Below are positions 1-12,354 of a DNA stretch of 41,433 nt, in pieces. How positions within the stretch are numbered: position 1 is the first letter of the stretch; each line of letters begins with the position of its first letter. The stretch covers positions 41,364,758-41,406,190 of the forward strand of contig NC_068987.1 of assembly GCF_001194135.2 (NCBI RefSeq), in the 5' to 3' direction. The stretch is from Octopus bimaculoides (taxonomy: Eukaryota). The notes beneath the pieces were generated by a model. The model made no database searches and was not told the origin of the DNA. It worked only from the letters and a program-made list of their open reading frames with translations. The position numbers and the translations under genes were made by a program.

Positions 1-40
1 TCTCATACACACGAACACACAAAATAGAAAGTGAAGCTTT

Positions 41-240
41 TTGCGGTTGTTACGTCAATACCGGAAGTTGACATTGAGGAACCTTTTTAAAGAAGTGAAT
101 CTTAAATATAAAGCAATATTATTTATTTTTAATTAAAAAAATCAAATGAAGAGCCTAAGATTTATCCGAGGTCAAATTATTCATGCATTACAAGTATGGA
201 AGCATTTGGTGAAGTCGATTTCACGTGAAAAGCGATTACA
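41..240. promoter_or_regulatory. Small CpG-retaining patch with TTACGTCA (CRE-like) and CCGGAAGT (ETS) motifs
   Basis: 8 CpGs in 1-240 against a strongly CpG-depleted neighbourhood. Motifs at 50-57 and 61-68. Confidence 0.25.
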
Positions 241-249
241 CAGACATCT

Positions 250-440
250 CTATTTTATATATAGTATAGATATATATATATATATATATATGCATACACA
301 CATACATATATATATGCATACACACGTATACACACACACACACACATCTATATATATTCACATATACTTACACATGCATATACACACACAACCACACATA
401 TATATACATACATGCACGCACACACACACATACATATACA
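250..440. repeat. (TA)n/(CA)n compound microsatellite
   Basis: Seen directly. Explains the low-complexity ORFs 146-502 and 348-569. Confidence 0.95.
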
Positions 441-459
441 TGGGGCCCTCTGCTCCCTT

Positions 460-1500
460 ATCTGGTGGGCAACACAGAATCCAGGGAGAGATGAGTGGTT
501 AGCGAGAGCTGTAAAAGTCATGTACAGGGATATTGTCAGTAATGTGAAAGTTGCAAATGAGAACAGCAAAGAAGTTAGTGTACAAGAAAGAGTCCACCCG
601 TGATTGCTTCTCAGCTCCCACTAGTTTATCATAGTCCTCCAAGCTATAACAGGAATTAAGACTGGCTGCCCTTGGGAGCTCCTCTATACTTATGACCTTG
701 TTTTATCACTAAATTTCATGTATAGAAGCAAGGCCTGGAATCAAAGGGCCTTAGAGTTAATCTAACAAAGCCCAAAGTCCTAATAAATAGGAAAACAGAC
801 GTCACAGCTCCCTCCAGAGAGATAGCCCTGCTCGATATGTAGAAAAAGTGTAAGTAGAAACTTAATACAGTGTACCCAGTGCAAGCTATGGATACATAAG
901 AAGTGCAACAGTATCACTAGAAAACTAACAGAGTAAGGAGTGCTTACACGTGGAAGATGTGCAGGTACATTAAACACAGGAATGTACAAAAAATAGACAA
1001 CCTCAAATGTCAAGGAAGATCCTTAGAAGCAGTAGACAGTTTCCATTACTTAGGAAACCAAGTTAGCAGTGGTGGAGGTTGTTCTGAAAGAAAAGCCATT
1101 GGAATAAGAATAAGCTAGGCAAAGTTCAGAGAGCTACTACCTCTGACAGTAACAAAGAGCCTCTCCCTCAGAGTGAAAGGCAGATTGTATGATGCCTGTG
1201 TACAAACAGCTATGCGACATGGGCAGTGACTATTGAGGATATGTGAAGGCTTGAAAGAAATGAAGCCAGTATACTCCGCTGGATGGTTAATGCCAGTGTG
1301 CATACATGACAGAATGTAAGCCTGTATGTGAACAGCTATGCTATATGGTGGTGAGATGTGACTACTGAATACATGCAAAGGCTTGATAGAAACAGAGCCC
1401 ATATACTACGCTGGATGAATAATATCAGTCTGCATATACAACAGAGTGTAAGTGATTTGAAAGAAAAACTGGGTATAGCAGGGCGCCAGATGTTGTATGC
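460..1500 (+). mobile_element. Decayed RTE-clade LINE, RT C-terminal part
   Basis: DEWLARAVKVMY, GCPWELLY and VDSFHYLG-like segments with stops and frameshifts. Internal ~125-bp duplication around 1190-1445. Confidence 0.85.
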
Positions 1501-1529
1501 TAGAGAGAAAACTGTTTAGTGACCATAGT

Positions 1530-3640
1530 TGGGAGCAGTAATTCAGATGGCTGAGGATGAAAGTCCTCCAGAGGACCATTATGGTTTCCTAGTCTCTAGT
1601 TTTGAAGTTCAAAGGATCCATCTGGCCATGTGCCTGTGTTTTATCGCCAACAAATTAATATGCACCTCATGTCAATGCCCAGGTCATACACTGATTTTGA
1701 TTCAGGGATTGCAATGCCTCCTGGGCCAGTTCATTCTATCTGCTATCCATTGGGATTCAACATTAAACTGCATATTATTTTTCTCAGCTCACCTGTATAT
1801 TGCATCCAACTCATGTTGTAGATGCACAATCTCACCAGGGTTCTGTATCTTCTGAGAGACCTTTGTATCATCTGCATAGCTAGCAAGGGCTACTTGAGCA
1901 GCTGAGGGCATGTCAGAGAGGGCCACTAAAATAGCAGCAGCCTCAGGACAGTGCCCTGTGGAACACCACTCATTATTTGTTCCCCACTGACCACTACTAC
2001 CTGACTTCTATCTTTTAGAAAGTCATGTATCCATTCTCCAAGATTTCTGACTATGCCAAGATTACACAGCTTGTGACAAATCATACCATGATCAACTTTG
2101 TCAAAGGCTTTTGCATAGTGGAAGATACATCACATCCACATGTCAGGCAGCTTCTACCTGGTTGGAAACCATGCTGGTGGGGTCAGTCAGCAAGTCATTC
2201 ACTTCAAGGAATGCAATTAATTTCCTTCAGACTATTTGTTTCATGACTTTGTTGATATGCAAAGTCAGAAAGATAAGCCTATAGTTTTTAGCATCTGCTC
2301 TGCCTTCTCTATATGGATAGGGCATATTATACCCTCCTTTAGTTTGTCCAGAAACTTACCATTTGCAAGGAAGCTCTGAAAAAGTAGCTGTAATGGTTTT
2401 GCAAGGACTCATTTCCATGACTTGAGAAGGATTATTGGGAATCCATCAGGGTCAACAACTGAGTTTGCATCTATATCATCATTCTTTGATGTTGATGTAA
2501 TCAATTGTTACTGCCTCCCATTCAACCTCTGTAGCTGTAAAGAATTCAACAGGTTTGCTAACTTGCATGTGCCATAGGGGTGGGGTTAACACACTTTTGA
2601 ACAGTTCATTCAGTGTTTCACTTATCTTCATGAGCAAATCATTTTTTGGAGGAGTGGCCCTACCTTGCTATGCACAGAGGCAGTTTCTTTAGCATACTTA
2701 AAGAAGGCATTAGGGTCTGATTTTATATTTCTTATGGCCCAAACTGCTCTGTCTGCTTTTTCCTTCTTATGTGAGTGCTTCAGTTGTTTTTCAATCTCCA
2801 GCAGTGCTGTTTCCAGATGGGGTTTCTCACTGCCATTGAGTTCTCTGTTGAGGCAGTTTGCAATCTTTGTACACCATCTCATAACAACTTTCTCTCTGTG
2901 GGTATCTTGTCTTTATGTGCAGTGGACCTTCTCTCTGGACAAAATTGTAGCATATGGTTTGCATTATGGACATGAAAGTTTTCAATTTCATGTCTCATGT
3001 CTATGTCAGGTGTAGAGAAACATTAGGACCAGTTCCATTTGGTGATCTTCTCAAATGATTTCCAGTCTACTTTCTGGTAGTTCAGATTGGATAAATTTGG
3101 GGTACTTCTCCTGAGCTGCATGTCTGTGAATTCCTTTGGTCCGTACATAGTCAGCTCTATTATACTGTGATCTGAGACTAGTGTCAGTGTCACTTTCACA
3201 TTATAGATGAGATTCACATTGTCTGTGAAGCAGAGATCAAGTATACTGTTTACCCTGGTTGGTTGGAGTATTATTTGCACCATGTATAACTTCTTTGAGA
3301 GGTTGAGCAAGGATTCCACCTGATTTTGCTCACATTGTATCATTCCTGAGAGGAAAAGGCCTTCATGCCATTCCACATTGGGCAGGTTGAAGTCTCCTAT
3401 GAGAAGTACACTGATGAGCTCTTCTATTTTGGTTAAGATGTCTTCTAATCTTGCAGAGCAGTCTTTGAATAGGCCCATGTGATTTGGGGCATTTGGTGGG
3501 TAATATGTAGTATATATGACTATGTCAAGTTGTCTTACACGTACAATTAGTGTGCCACACACTGAGTTTAAATGTGACAATAGGATCTGGGGCACGAGAT
3601 CTTTATGGATGTACATTGTAACTCCACTAAAGAGAATAAC
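1530..3640 (-). mobile_element. Decayed CR1/L2-group LINE ORF2 (APE endonuclease + RT)
   Basis: ORF 3023-3616 has LLIGDFNLPNVEW and ILDLCFTD. RT motifs AKAFDKVDHG (~2090-2125), SGVPQGTVL (~1945-1970) and SYADDTK (~1860-1885). Confidence 0.88.
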
Positions 3641-4129
3641 AAAGAAATAGAGAGGCAGAAATGGGTGTCTTGCAATAGAGGAGGTACATGGTTAACTAGA
3701 GAGAGAGAGACAGACAGGTACAAGTAAGAGGCCAAAAACAAGTGTGCTGATGTAAAGGAGATACTTGGTTACCTAGTCAGAGGAAAAACAAGAAAAGGAC
3801 ACAGATAGTGACGAAGGGAAAGAGAGCGAGAGTAGGAAACAACAAAAGTATAAGTGCGAGCAGAAGAGAGTTGGTGTAGTGCTAGGGTATACTCACAAGT
3901 AACAAGGATCTGAGCATAGAACTTGGGCAGAAAAATAAGGTGTGGATGCTGGGGATGGGGGAGCATTGATACAGTGAGCAGAGCAGAGAGGGCAAGAAAG
4001 GGGACTGGAAGACAATCATAGTTTATGAAGAGGGAATATGAGGAAGAGAAAGTTGCAGCTTAGGAGTTGAAATTTGGTTGCTTAGGGTAGAGAAGGTGAA
4101 AAGTACGTGTGGGTGGGACACAACTCTTC

Positions 4130-4996
4130 TAGCACTCAATTTCGTGTACAGGTCTTCTCTAGAACCTCATATTGCCAAACATCCTTGTCCGTCGTCATTC
4201 CTCCGTGAGCCCCAACATCCTAAAATCAGTCCTCACCACTTCATCCCATGTCTTCCTGGGTCTCTTCCTTCCACAGGTACCATCCACTTTCAGTGACAGG
4301 CACTTCTGGATACAGCAGCATTCACTCATATGCATCATGTGTAAACCAACACATTCTCCTCTCCTGCATACCACATTTAATCCATATTATGCCTAACTTT
4401 TCTTTCAACACAATCATGCTTTGTGAGTCATGCACACTGATGATGCAAATACAATGAAGCATACTACCTTCATTCCTCTCCATTCTACACATGTCCTCTG
4501 CAGTCAGAGTCCATGTCTCACTACCATGTAATATAGCTGATTTCACACAAGCATCATACAATCTACTTTTCACTCCAAGAGAGAGTATTTTATTTGCCAA
4601 CAAAAGGAGTAGTTCTCTGAACTTCCTCCAACCTATTCTTATTCTAGAAACAATACTTTCAGAGCATCCACCACCATTACTAATTCAGTCACCTAAATAG
4701 CAGAAACTATCTACTACTTCAAGAGAGCCTTCTGGGCATTTGAGAGAGTTTAAGTCCCTCGTGGTCTTAGTACTTACTGTTCCTGTGCATCTGCCACACA
4801 CAAAAACGACCTTACCTGATAACCGACCCACAATTCCACTGCATCTCTTATGCATCCATGACTTACACTTGGTGCAGCAAATGGAATTACATCCCACTCC
4901 TTTCCTACATATTGAGCAGGGCCATTTGCTAACAGGAAGGAGAGTCTTATCTCCTTTCTCACTAACAAAAACTTTAGTCTTAGCTAAGTCAAGTAA
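4130..4996 (-). mobile_element. RTE LINE, 3' half (continuation of the 8085-10140 element)
   Basis: LAKTKV..KWPCSICRKGVG, VVDSFCYLGD, LHGSETWTLT and GRPRKTWDEVV motifs. Confidence 0.85.
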
Positions 4997-5015
4997 CCCT
5001 TTTGTTACTAACCCG

Positions 5016-5360
5016 ACCGTAGCCAGTTGAAAAATTTTTTGGCTCAGTACCGCCTGACTGGCTCCCGTAGGATTTTCGAGCGAGATCGTTGCCAGTGCCC
5101 CTGGACTGGCTTGTGCGGGTGGCACATAAAAGACACCATTTCCAGCGTGGCCGTTTTCGTGCAGGTGACACGTAAAAGCACCCACTACACTCTCTGAGTG
5201 GTTGGCGTTAGGAAGGGCATCCAGCTGTAGAAACTCTGCCAAATTAGACTGGAGCCTGGTGTTGCCATCCGGTTTCACCAGTTCTCAGTCAAATCGTCCA
5301 ACCCATGCTAGCATGGAAAGCGGACGTTAAACGATGATGATGATGATGATGATGATGAAG
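5016..5360 (+). mobile_element. Young SINE-like/RTE-tail retroposon with (GAT)n tail and TSD
   Basis: GTTGGCGTTAGGAAGGGCATCCAGC...CATGCTAGCATGGAAAGCGGACGTTAAAC(GAT)n. TSD ACTAACCCG (5007-5015) / ACCAACCCG (5361-5369). Related tails near 11930-11978 and 19807-19913. Confidence 0.8.
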
Positions 5361-5588
5361 ACCAACCCGGTTATAGCTGGCCAAGAGTACCTGTTGTTAT
5401 TTAAATGTAAATTTGAACCCAAATCTTGTTAGTACATTCGTTAAAACACATGATTTCACTTTGCAAACAGTTGAGTTATTGTATCCAACATTGTTTGGCG
5501 TGATATTTGCACTTGGTGAATTTTGGAAGATTTTTTTCCATATTTTTTTAGCGTTAGTTTTTTTCAACTTTGAAAATGGAGGAGTTTC

Positions 5589-7235
5589 ATGCTATCAAGC
5601 AGTGATTCTAAATTTGAAGGCTTTTCAACGGAAGATATGGAGATATCGAGGAAAAGAATGAATGAGATACAAAAGCAGGTGAACGAAAATGAATCTGATA
5701 TTTCTGTATCTGAAACCAAAAGCAGAGATTCTGAAGAAACTGAAAGTGGTGACAGTGACACCGACAGCAAGGATGATTTTACACCAGAATGGAGTAAAAA
5801 CTTAAAAAATGATTTTATTAAGAATTTTTCTGAGGAGACAGGGTCTACTCATAGTCTTTCTCAAGAAGGGAAACCATTAGACTTTTCCTTATTTTTTCCA
5901 GCATGCTTGTTTGAAGCGATCACTGTGGAAACAAACCATTACGCAGAATGTAAACAAGCTAGAAAAAAAGATAGCTTGTGGTTTCCTGCAACCGTAGATG
6001 AAATACGGGCATTTTTTGCCATAAATATTATTATGGGTATTAGACAGTTATCCAGAATTACAAATTACTGGAGCAATCAGGAACCTTTTGGTGATCAGTA
6101 TGTTTCCAGTATTATGACCTGAATGCAATTTGTGAAACTGAACCAGTATTTACATGTGAGAGACACTAGTAGTATCCCAGTACGTGGAGAACCAAACTTT
6201 GATCCCTTATTTAAAATAAGACCCCTCATTTACTGCGTTCAAAATGCATATAAAACATTTTACAACCCTGAGAGATACTTATCCGTCGATGAGGGCATGG
6301 TGAGGTATAAAGGAAGGGTACGCTTCCGACAGTATATGCCAGGAAGGCCTGCGAACTGGGGGAATCAAAGTTTGGAAAATTTGTGAAGCAAATACTGGGT
6401 ACTGCTGTGGATTTAGCTTTTATACGGGGAAAAGAGACAATAATGTTAGTCAGCATGGCCTAAGGTACAATGTGGTCTGGAATTTACCACTTCCATACAA
6501 TAACCAGGGCCATATATTATTTTTTGACCGATTTTTTAGTTCGGTCAAACTTGCAGTAGATTTAGAAGCTGTGGTAACGTATACGTGTGCTACAGTAATT
6601 GCTAGTAGAAAAGGGCTGCCATTGGATATAAAAAAAGCAAAATTAAAAAAAAAAGAGGTGAAATAATCCAATAGCAGAAAGGAAATCTGCTAGCGACTGC
6701 ATACAGAGATAAGAGGCAGATACATTTTCTATCTACCAGTGCATAACCATGTATAGATGAAAATGGCACCCCGTTTATAAACCTTGATTATAACAGGTAC
6801 ATGGGTGGTGTAGATCAGCTGAACCAGATGATGAGTTATTATCCATTTGGTAGACCGGGTAATAAATGTTGGCGATACCTGCTTTGGTATATAGTAAACA
6901 TGAGCATTGTAAATGCATTTATATTATATACCAAATCAGGAGGGGTTCGCAAGCGGTGCGACCATCTGCAGTTCCAAGTAGATGCAGCAACGCAATTGAG
7001 GGCAGGTTATTCCTCCAAAAAAATAGCTGCAGGGAGGAAAAGCAAAGCCTGCCAGAGAGATCTCCTTCTGAGTTCAGCTGATCTACATAAATTAGAAAAA
7101 ATCAAGGGCCGCAAAAGGCAGTGACGTGAATGTCTACATCAACAAAGGAAAACTCCCAGTGGACGGCCAGTTGAAACATCTTTCCTATGTGCATTCTGCA
7201 AGGTTGCAGTATGTAGAGTGGGATGTTTTTAACAA
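5589..7235 (+). pseudogene. piggyBac (PGBD4-like) DDD transposase pseudogene
   Basis: LSVDEGMVRYKGR..FRQYMP, ILFFDRFFSSV and YMGGVDQLNQMMSYY motifs, plus a C-terminal Cys-rich domain (LCAFCKVAVCRVGCF). Multiple stops and frameshifts. Confidence 0.92.
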
Positions 7236-7859
7236 CTTTCCATGATAGAAATATTGTGTGAGTATTGTTTGTATATATGTATAATTAGATTGTATAAATA
7301 TTTTTCAAATTTACTTAGTTTTACTTCTTATTTTAATTTACTTGTAATTTTAATTTGCCTGTAAGGTGAGTGACAAGTTTTGATTTAATTTCTATTGTAA
7401 ATCTTTATTATATATGTTCCTGTGTATTCATGTATGTGTGTGAGTTTATTTCATTTAGTTGTATTTAAGTTTCTAGTTTTCTTCAAAAACAAATTCCAGT
7501 ATTTCAGTTTATTTTACCTTCATGGTACACCTGTTCTTCTGTGCATTAAATTCAACTGATAATATAGTGATGTGCACAATTCTTCTATATCAAAATTTTG
7601 TTGCATATCCAGTTGAATATTAGCTGATGACTTATTTTCGTCAGTAATGTTTAAACAAAATTTTAATATTTTTACATTTTGCTCAGTTTACCTAGAATTT
7701 ACCTGTAATTAGAGTCACTTTGAGACAAAAATTATGCAATAGAATTGATTAAGAACCCTTTCTTCAATTATGGTCCAAATATCACATTAATATGTTGATA
7801 AGTAAAAAAATTACAATTGTTTAATGAAACTAGTCTTAATTCATGATTATTTTAGAATT

Positions 7860-8051
7860 NNNNNNNNNNNNNNNNNNNNNNNNNNNNNNNNNNNNNNNNN
7901 NNNNNNNNNNNNNNNNNNNNNNNNNNNNNNNNNNNNNNNNNNNNNNNNNNNNNNNNNNNNNNNNNNNNNNNNNNNNNNNNNNNNNNNNNNNNNNNNNNNN
8001 NNNNNNNNNNNNNNNNNNNNNNNNNNNNNNNNNNNNNNNNNNNNNNNNNNN
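7860..8051. other. Assembly gap (192 N); further gaps at 18203-18218 and 19707-19806
   Basis: N runs. Confidence 1.
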
Positions 8052-8084
8052 TTTTGGTAAGAAATATAGTCACGAAAGGGTCGA

Positions 8085-10140
8085 GGCCCTTTGATTCGAA
8101 GTTTTGCTTCCAAACTCAGAACTTCTCCAATTCTGCAATAAGAGCAAATATCATCAGCATATAGTAGTTTCCATGGGCATCCAGTTTTGAATTCCTCCAT
8201 ACTATGATAAATAAAAGTGGACTAAGAACTGATCCTTGGTGTACTCCAACTTGTACGCTAAATTCATTACTGTATTTAAGGTCAACTCTCACATTACTGA
8301 ACATGGCTTTAACAGCTCTAACAAGCCATTCCTCAACTCCTACCTTCCTTAGAAACCACCAGATATGAGAGAAAACTTTCTCCAGGTCGATGAAGGCTAA
8401 GTACAATAGCTTACTTTTAACCAAATACTCAACTTGCAACTGTCTCACTATGAAGATGGCATCTGTGGTACTTCTCCCTGGCACAAAACCAAACTGCATT
8501 TCATCTAGTTTAATTTTATCCCTAATTAGTTGAGATGTAACTCTCTGTAATTTTCATGACCTGGTCCAGGAGTTTGATACTTCTGTAGTTGTTTCTATCT
8601 AAGGCATCACCTTTACCCTTGTAGCAGCTGATGTAATACTGCTACATCAGTCTTTGGGGATGATGCCTTCCTGAATAACCTGATTAATATGAGCAACTAG
8701 GCAGTATCCCACACCCACTGATATTTTAATCATCTCAGCAGTGATACCCGATGGTCCAGGGGCTTTTCCAGTCTTCATTTTCTTAATTGCCTTATCTATT
8801 ATACTGCTATCAACTCTGATGGCTAGTCCCTCAATTGGGTCAATATTTGAAAGATTCTCCTTCTCCCAATCATTCTCCACATTACAACCTTCCATAATGG
8901 CATCTCCACGCATCTTTATTCTCAGAGTCACTAAGCACAAGCATGTCATTATCCATTCGCACACATTTCTCACCTACCACATCTCTATTCTGATACACTG
9001 CTTTGCAATCCTGAACACCTCAAGCTGTATAACATTGGCAAACTTCTTACCTTCTGCTATTCCTTTTGCTATGTAAACCTCTTGCCTTCTGACTCCCTGA
9101 TATAATGTTTTACTTCCACTGTTTTCCCAGTCTTTCCAGACCTGTCTCTTTGCGTTTATAGCACTGTCCACCTCCTTGTTCTACCACCAAGTCACCCTTG
9201 GCCTGGCTGGGACTTTGCACCAACCACAGATTTGGTCAGTGGCACCCAGTAAATTGTCCTGCAAGAACTTCCAGTTGTCCTCTAACCTATATGTCCCTTC
9301 CTCCTCCTCTCTATCATCAGAGGCTTCCAGTAGAATGTCTCTAAACTTCTGTTGGTTTACTGGGTCTTTTAGCTTCTATAATCTTCTTTTCCAGCGTGGT
9401 TTATGTCTTTGAGTTTCTCTGGCCCTAATTGTGAAGTCACTAACTAGTAGCCTATGTTGGGGTGTACACTCTTCACCTGGGAAAGACTTTGCATTTGTGA
9501 ACATCAGCCTGTCTCCTTGCCTGGTGAGGAGGTAATTAACCTGGCTTATATTCCCACCAGACTGATAAGTAATTAGGTAGCTGGCTGGTTTTCTAAAGTT
9601 AGAGTTGCAGATCACAAGATCATTTGCATCACAGAATTCAAGTAGCTTTGTACCTTCCTCATTCCAGATACCAAAGCCATAACCACATGCCTACCATGGA
9701 ATCCATGGGAATGCTGCCCAACATGTCCATTAAAGTTGCCGGCCACAATAGCAAAATCTCTATCATTTGTCATTGAGGTAGTCTGCAAAAGGATCCTTCT
9801 CCTCATCAGCCAGTCCAGCCTGTGAGGCATAAGTACAAATAAATTGTTAATCTATCTATGATATGTCTCAATTTAATAACCTTATCACACAGTCTGACTA
9901 CCTCAATTACTTTATCTAACTACTTTTCTGCTAAGAACATGCACACACCCCCACTCCATCACTCCTGCTTACCCAAAAGAATTCAAACCTCTGTTTCTTA
10001 TCCATGAAGAATCTAGAAAAGGTTCCTTTCCATCTCACTTCTTGCACACCACACACATTGACATAGCAATGCTCCATTTCAACAATCTCAACAGACCTCC
10101 CCCTTCATTGTAACAACATTGATGTTTGCAGCCCTAAAAT
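8085..10140 (-). mobile_element. RTE LINE, 5' half (APE endonuclease + RT), decayed
   Basis: ORF pieces AIVAGNFNGHVG, QHRLLVSDF, MKTGKAPGPSGI, QFGFVPGRSTTDAIF, GVHQGSVLSPLLF and WKLLYADD. Confidence 0.92.
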
Positions 10141-10405
10141 TGTATACTTGGGAGGGACAAGGGAAAGGTAGTTGCTGTGGGTTTTTTGTTTGTGTTTGAA
10201 AAGAAGATCTGTGTAAATGTTTGCTTGATAGTGTAATGTACATTGTGAATTTGATTCAATGAAGTATAATTTCCTCACTCCCATACAGCATCCAGATTAA
10301 GATCCAGTAAAGAGAGGAGTAAGAAGGGCATGAAAGTAGTAATATATGTCCATTTATACCTATACAGTATTAACCTTATATGCTATGATACACATATATT
10401 GTATA

Positions 10406-10443
<38 letters not shown>

Positions 10444-10552
10444 CAAACACTACACTGCATGGTATGAATTTTACATATTTATACATACAAACACACACAC
10501 CTATACAACCACACATATATACACAGATAGAAATATACCTATATATATATAT

Positions 10553-10898
10553 GGGAGAATTCACAAAAAACAACAGACGAAGACAGGTGGTGTAAACAAC
10601 AAATGGATGTATTAGTATAACGCTCGGGAATAGAGAAAGTCTTTAATGTTTCGAGCCTACGCTCTTCAACAGAAAGGAACACAGAAAGAAACGAGGAGAG
10701 AAAAAAATATATATATATATTCACCATGATAGATCGCTGACCACTACACATATTTTTTTTTCTCTCCTTGTTTCTTTCTGTTGAAGAGCATAGGCTTGAA
10801 ATGTTAAAGACTTTCTCTATTCCCGAGCATTATACTAATACATCCATTTGTTGTTTACACCACCAGTCTTCGTCTGTTGTTTTTTCGTGAATTCTCCC
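10553..10898. repeat. Head-to-head inverted pair of a ~150-bp Penelope-like/hammerhead-bearing repeat
   Basis: 10553-10707 is the reverse complement of 10753-10898 at high identity. Third copy at 18451-18581. Copies are flanked by TA-rich simple repeats. Confidence 0.8.
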
Positions 10899-11079
10899 AT
10901 ACATAGCACACATTCACGTGGTCGCACCAGCTAATCCTGTCTCTACTCATCACACACAAATTACTGGACTCTCTTACCTTTTTTCATTCTGGACTTTTTT
11001 ATTCTGGACTTTTTTATTCTGAACTTTGCACTCTCCAGCTGCACCTCTCCCGCCTATGGATTACGCTGTACCTATCTAC

Positions 11080-11120
<41 letters not shown>

Positions 11121-11299
11121 TGAACATGCAGTTCACACAGAGATACACATGTAAATATATACATATATACTCAAACACATACATCTACACTGACATATAT
11201 ACATTATGAGGTTCATGTACGTGCATTCAGACACTTATACAGTAAGCTGACAAGTGCACGCACTAAAAAATACGGATACAGAGGGGGAAACCTCAACAC

Positions 11300-11978
11300 A
11301 CAGGTGAAATTTAGGGTGTGGAAGCAAGGTTTAAAATCAAAGGGCCTTGGGGTTAACCTAGCAAAAACCAAAGTCATAGTAAGTAGAAAGGCAGACAAAT
11401 CACAAATCCCTTCAGGTAGATGGCCCTGCTCAATCTGTAGAAAGGCATAGGTAGAAACTCCATAAGATGCACCTGGTGTAAGCTTTGGATACATAAGAGG
11501 TACAGCAATATCAGAGGAAGGTTAACAGGGAAACTAGCTTTTTTTATGTGGAAGATGCACAGATACAATAAATGCTGAAAATGTGCAGAAAATACTATAC
11601 TCCACCAACTGCCAGGGGATCAAGTTAGAGGTAGTAGACAGCTTCCATTATCTAGGTGACCAAGTCAGTAGTGGAGGTGGACGTTCTGAGAGCGTAGCTG
11701 TAAAAATAAGATTAAGCTGGGCAAAGTTCAGAGAGCTCCTACCCCTGATGGCAACAGAGGGCCTCTCTCAGAGTAAAAGGCAGATTGTATGATACCTGTG
11801 TGTGAACAGCCATGCTACATGGAAGTGAAACAGGCTATGACAGTCGAGGACATGCGTAGGTTTGAAAGAAATGAAGTTAGTATGCTTTGTTGGATGTGCA
11901 ATGTTAGTATGCAAGTTTGACAGCCCTAGTCAAACCCGCCAATCCATGCCAGCATGGACAACAGATGTTAGATGATGA
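11300..11978 (+). mobile_element. RTE LINE 3' fragment with (GAT)n-type tail
   Basis: KGLGVNLAKTKV, LEVVDSFHYLGDQV and WAKFRELLP motifs. Confidence 0.85.
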
Positions 11979-12283
11979 TATTATCATATAAACTTAGGAG
12001 CATATGAAAATATCATGCTGTTTTGTTTTACATACTAACATAAAACAGGAGAATTTGTACTAATCTATGCCACATAATATATGAGAAATCAGCTGATAAG
12101 GATGCTATACAGGAGAGAAAGATTAAACAACATTACACGAAAATAAACTAAGACAAAGATTAAAAAACTTAGCTTCTGTTTTCACTTCCTGCAATAAGAA
12201 AGTAAAACACTATGTCTATCACTACAGAAAGTTTTTGCAAGATGGACACTGTTTTTTTTTTATTGTACATTAATATTCAAACC

Positions 12284-12317
<34 letters not shown>

Positions 12318-12323
12318 ATTATT

Positions 12324-12354
<31 letters not shown>

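Larger units (their letters stand above)
4997..8080 (+). mobile_element. piggyBac-superfamily DNA transposon inserted in the RTE
   Basis: Left end CCCTTTTGTTACTA (4997-5010) and right end TAGTCACGAAAGGG (8067-8080) are 12/14 inverted. Flanks GTAA and TCGA are degenerate TTAA. Transposase remnants inside; N gap near the right end. Confidence 0.85.

Noticed and set aside
146-603. His/Ile/Tyr-rich ORFs; similar ones at 10346-10751, 21847-22390 and 38312-38630
   Set aside because: They are translations of microsatellites.
4685-5278. 197-aa ORF as a novel gene
   Set aside because: It is a chance in-frame chimera of antisense SINE/piggyBac-end sequence and RTE RT C-terminal sequence.
5589-7235. 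Domesticated PGBD-like gene
   Set aside because: Multiple stops and frameshifts, and the TIRs are still present, so it is a dead transposon.
12150-12215. Candidate EIF2B5 exon 4 after the acceptor-like TTTCTTATTGCAG (minus strand)
   Set aside because: The required phase gives an immediate stop (AAG AAG TGA) and there is no similarity to the expected exon. No exon 4 was found in 1-13167.
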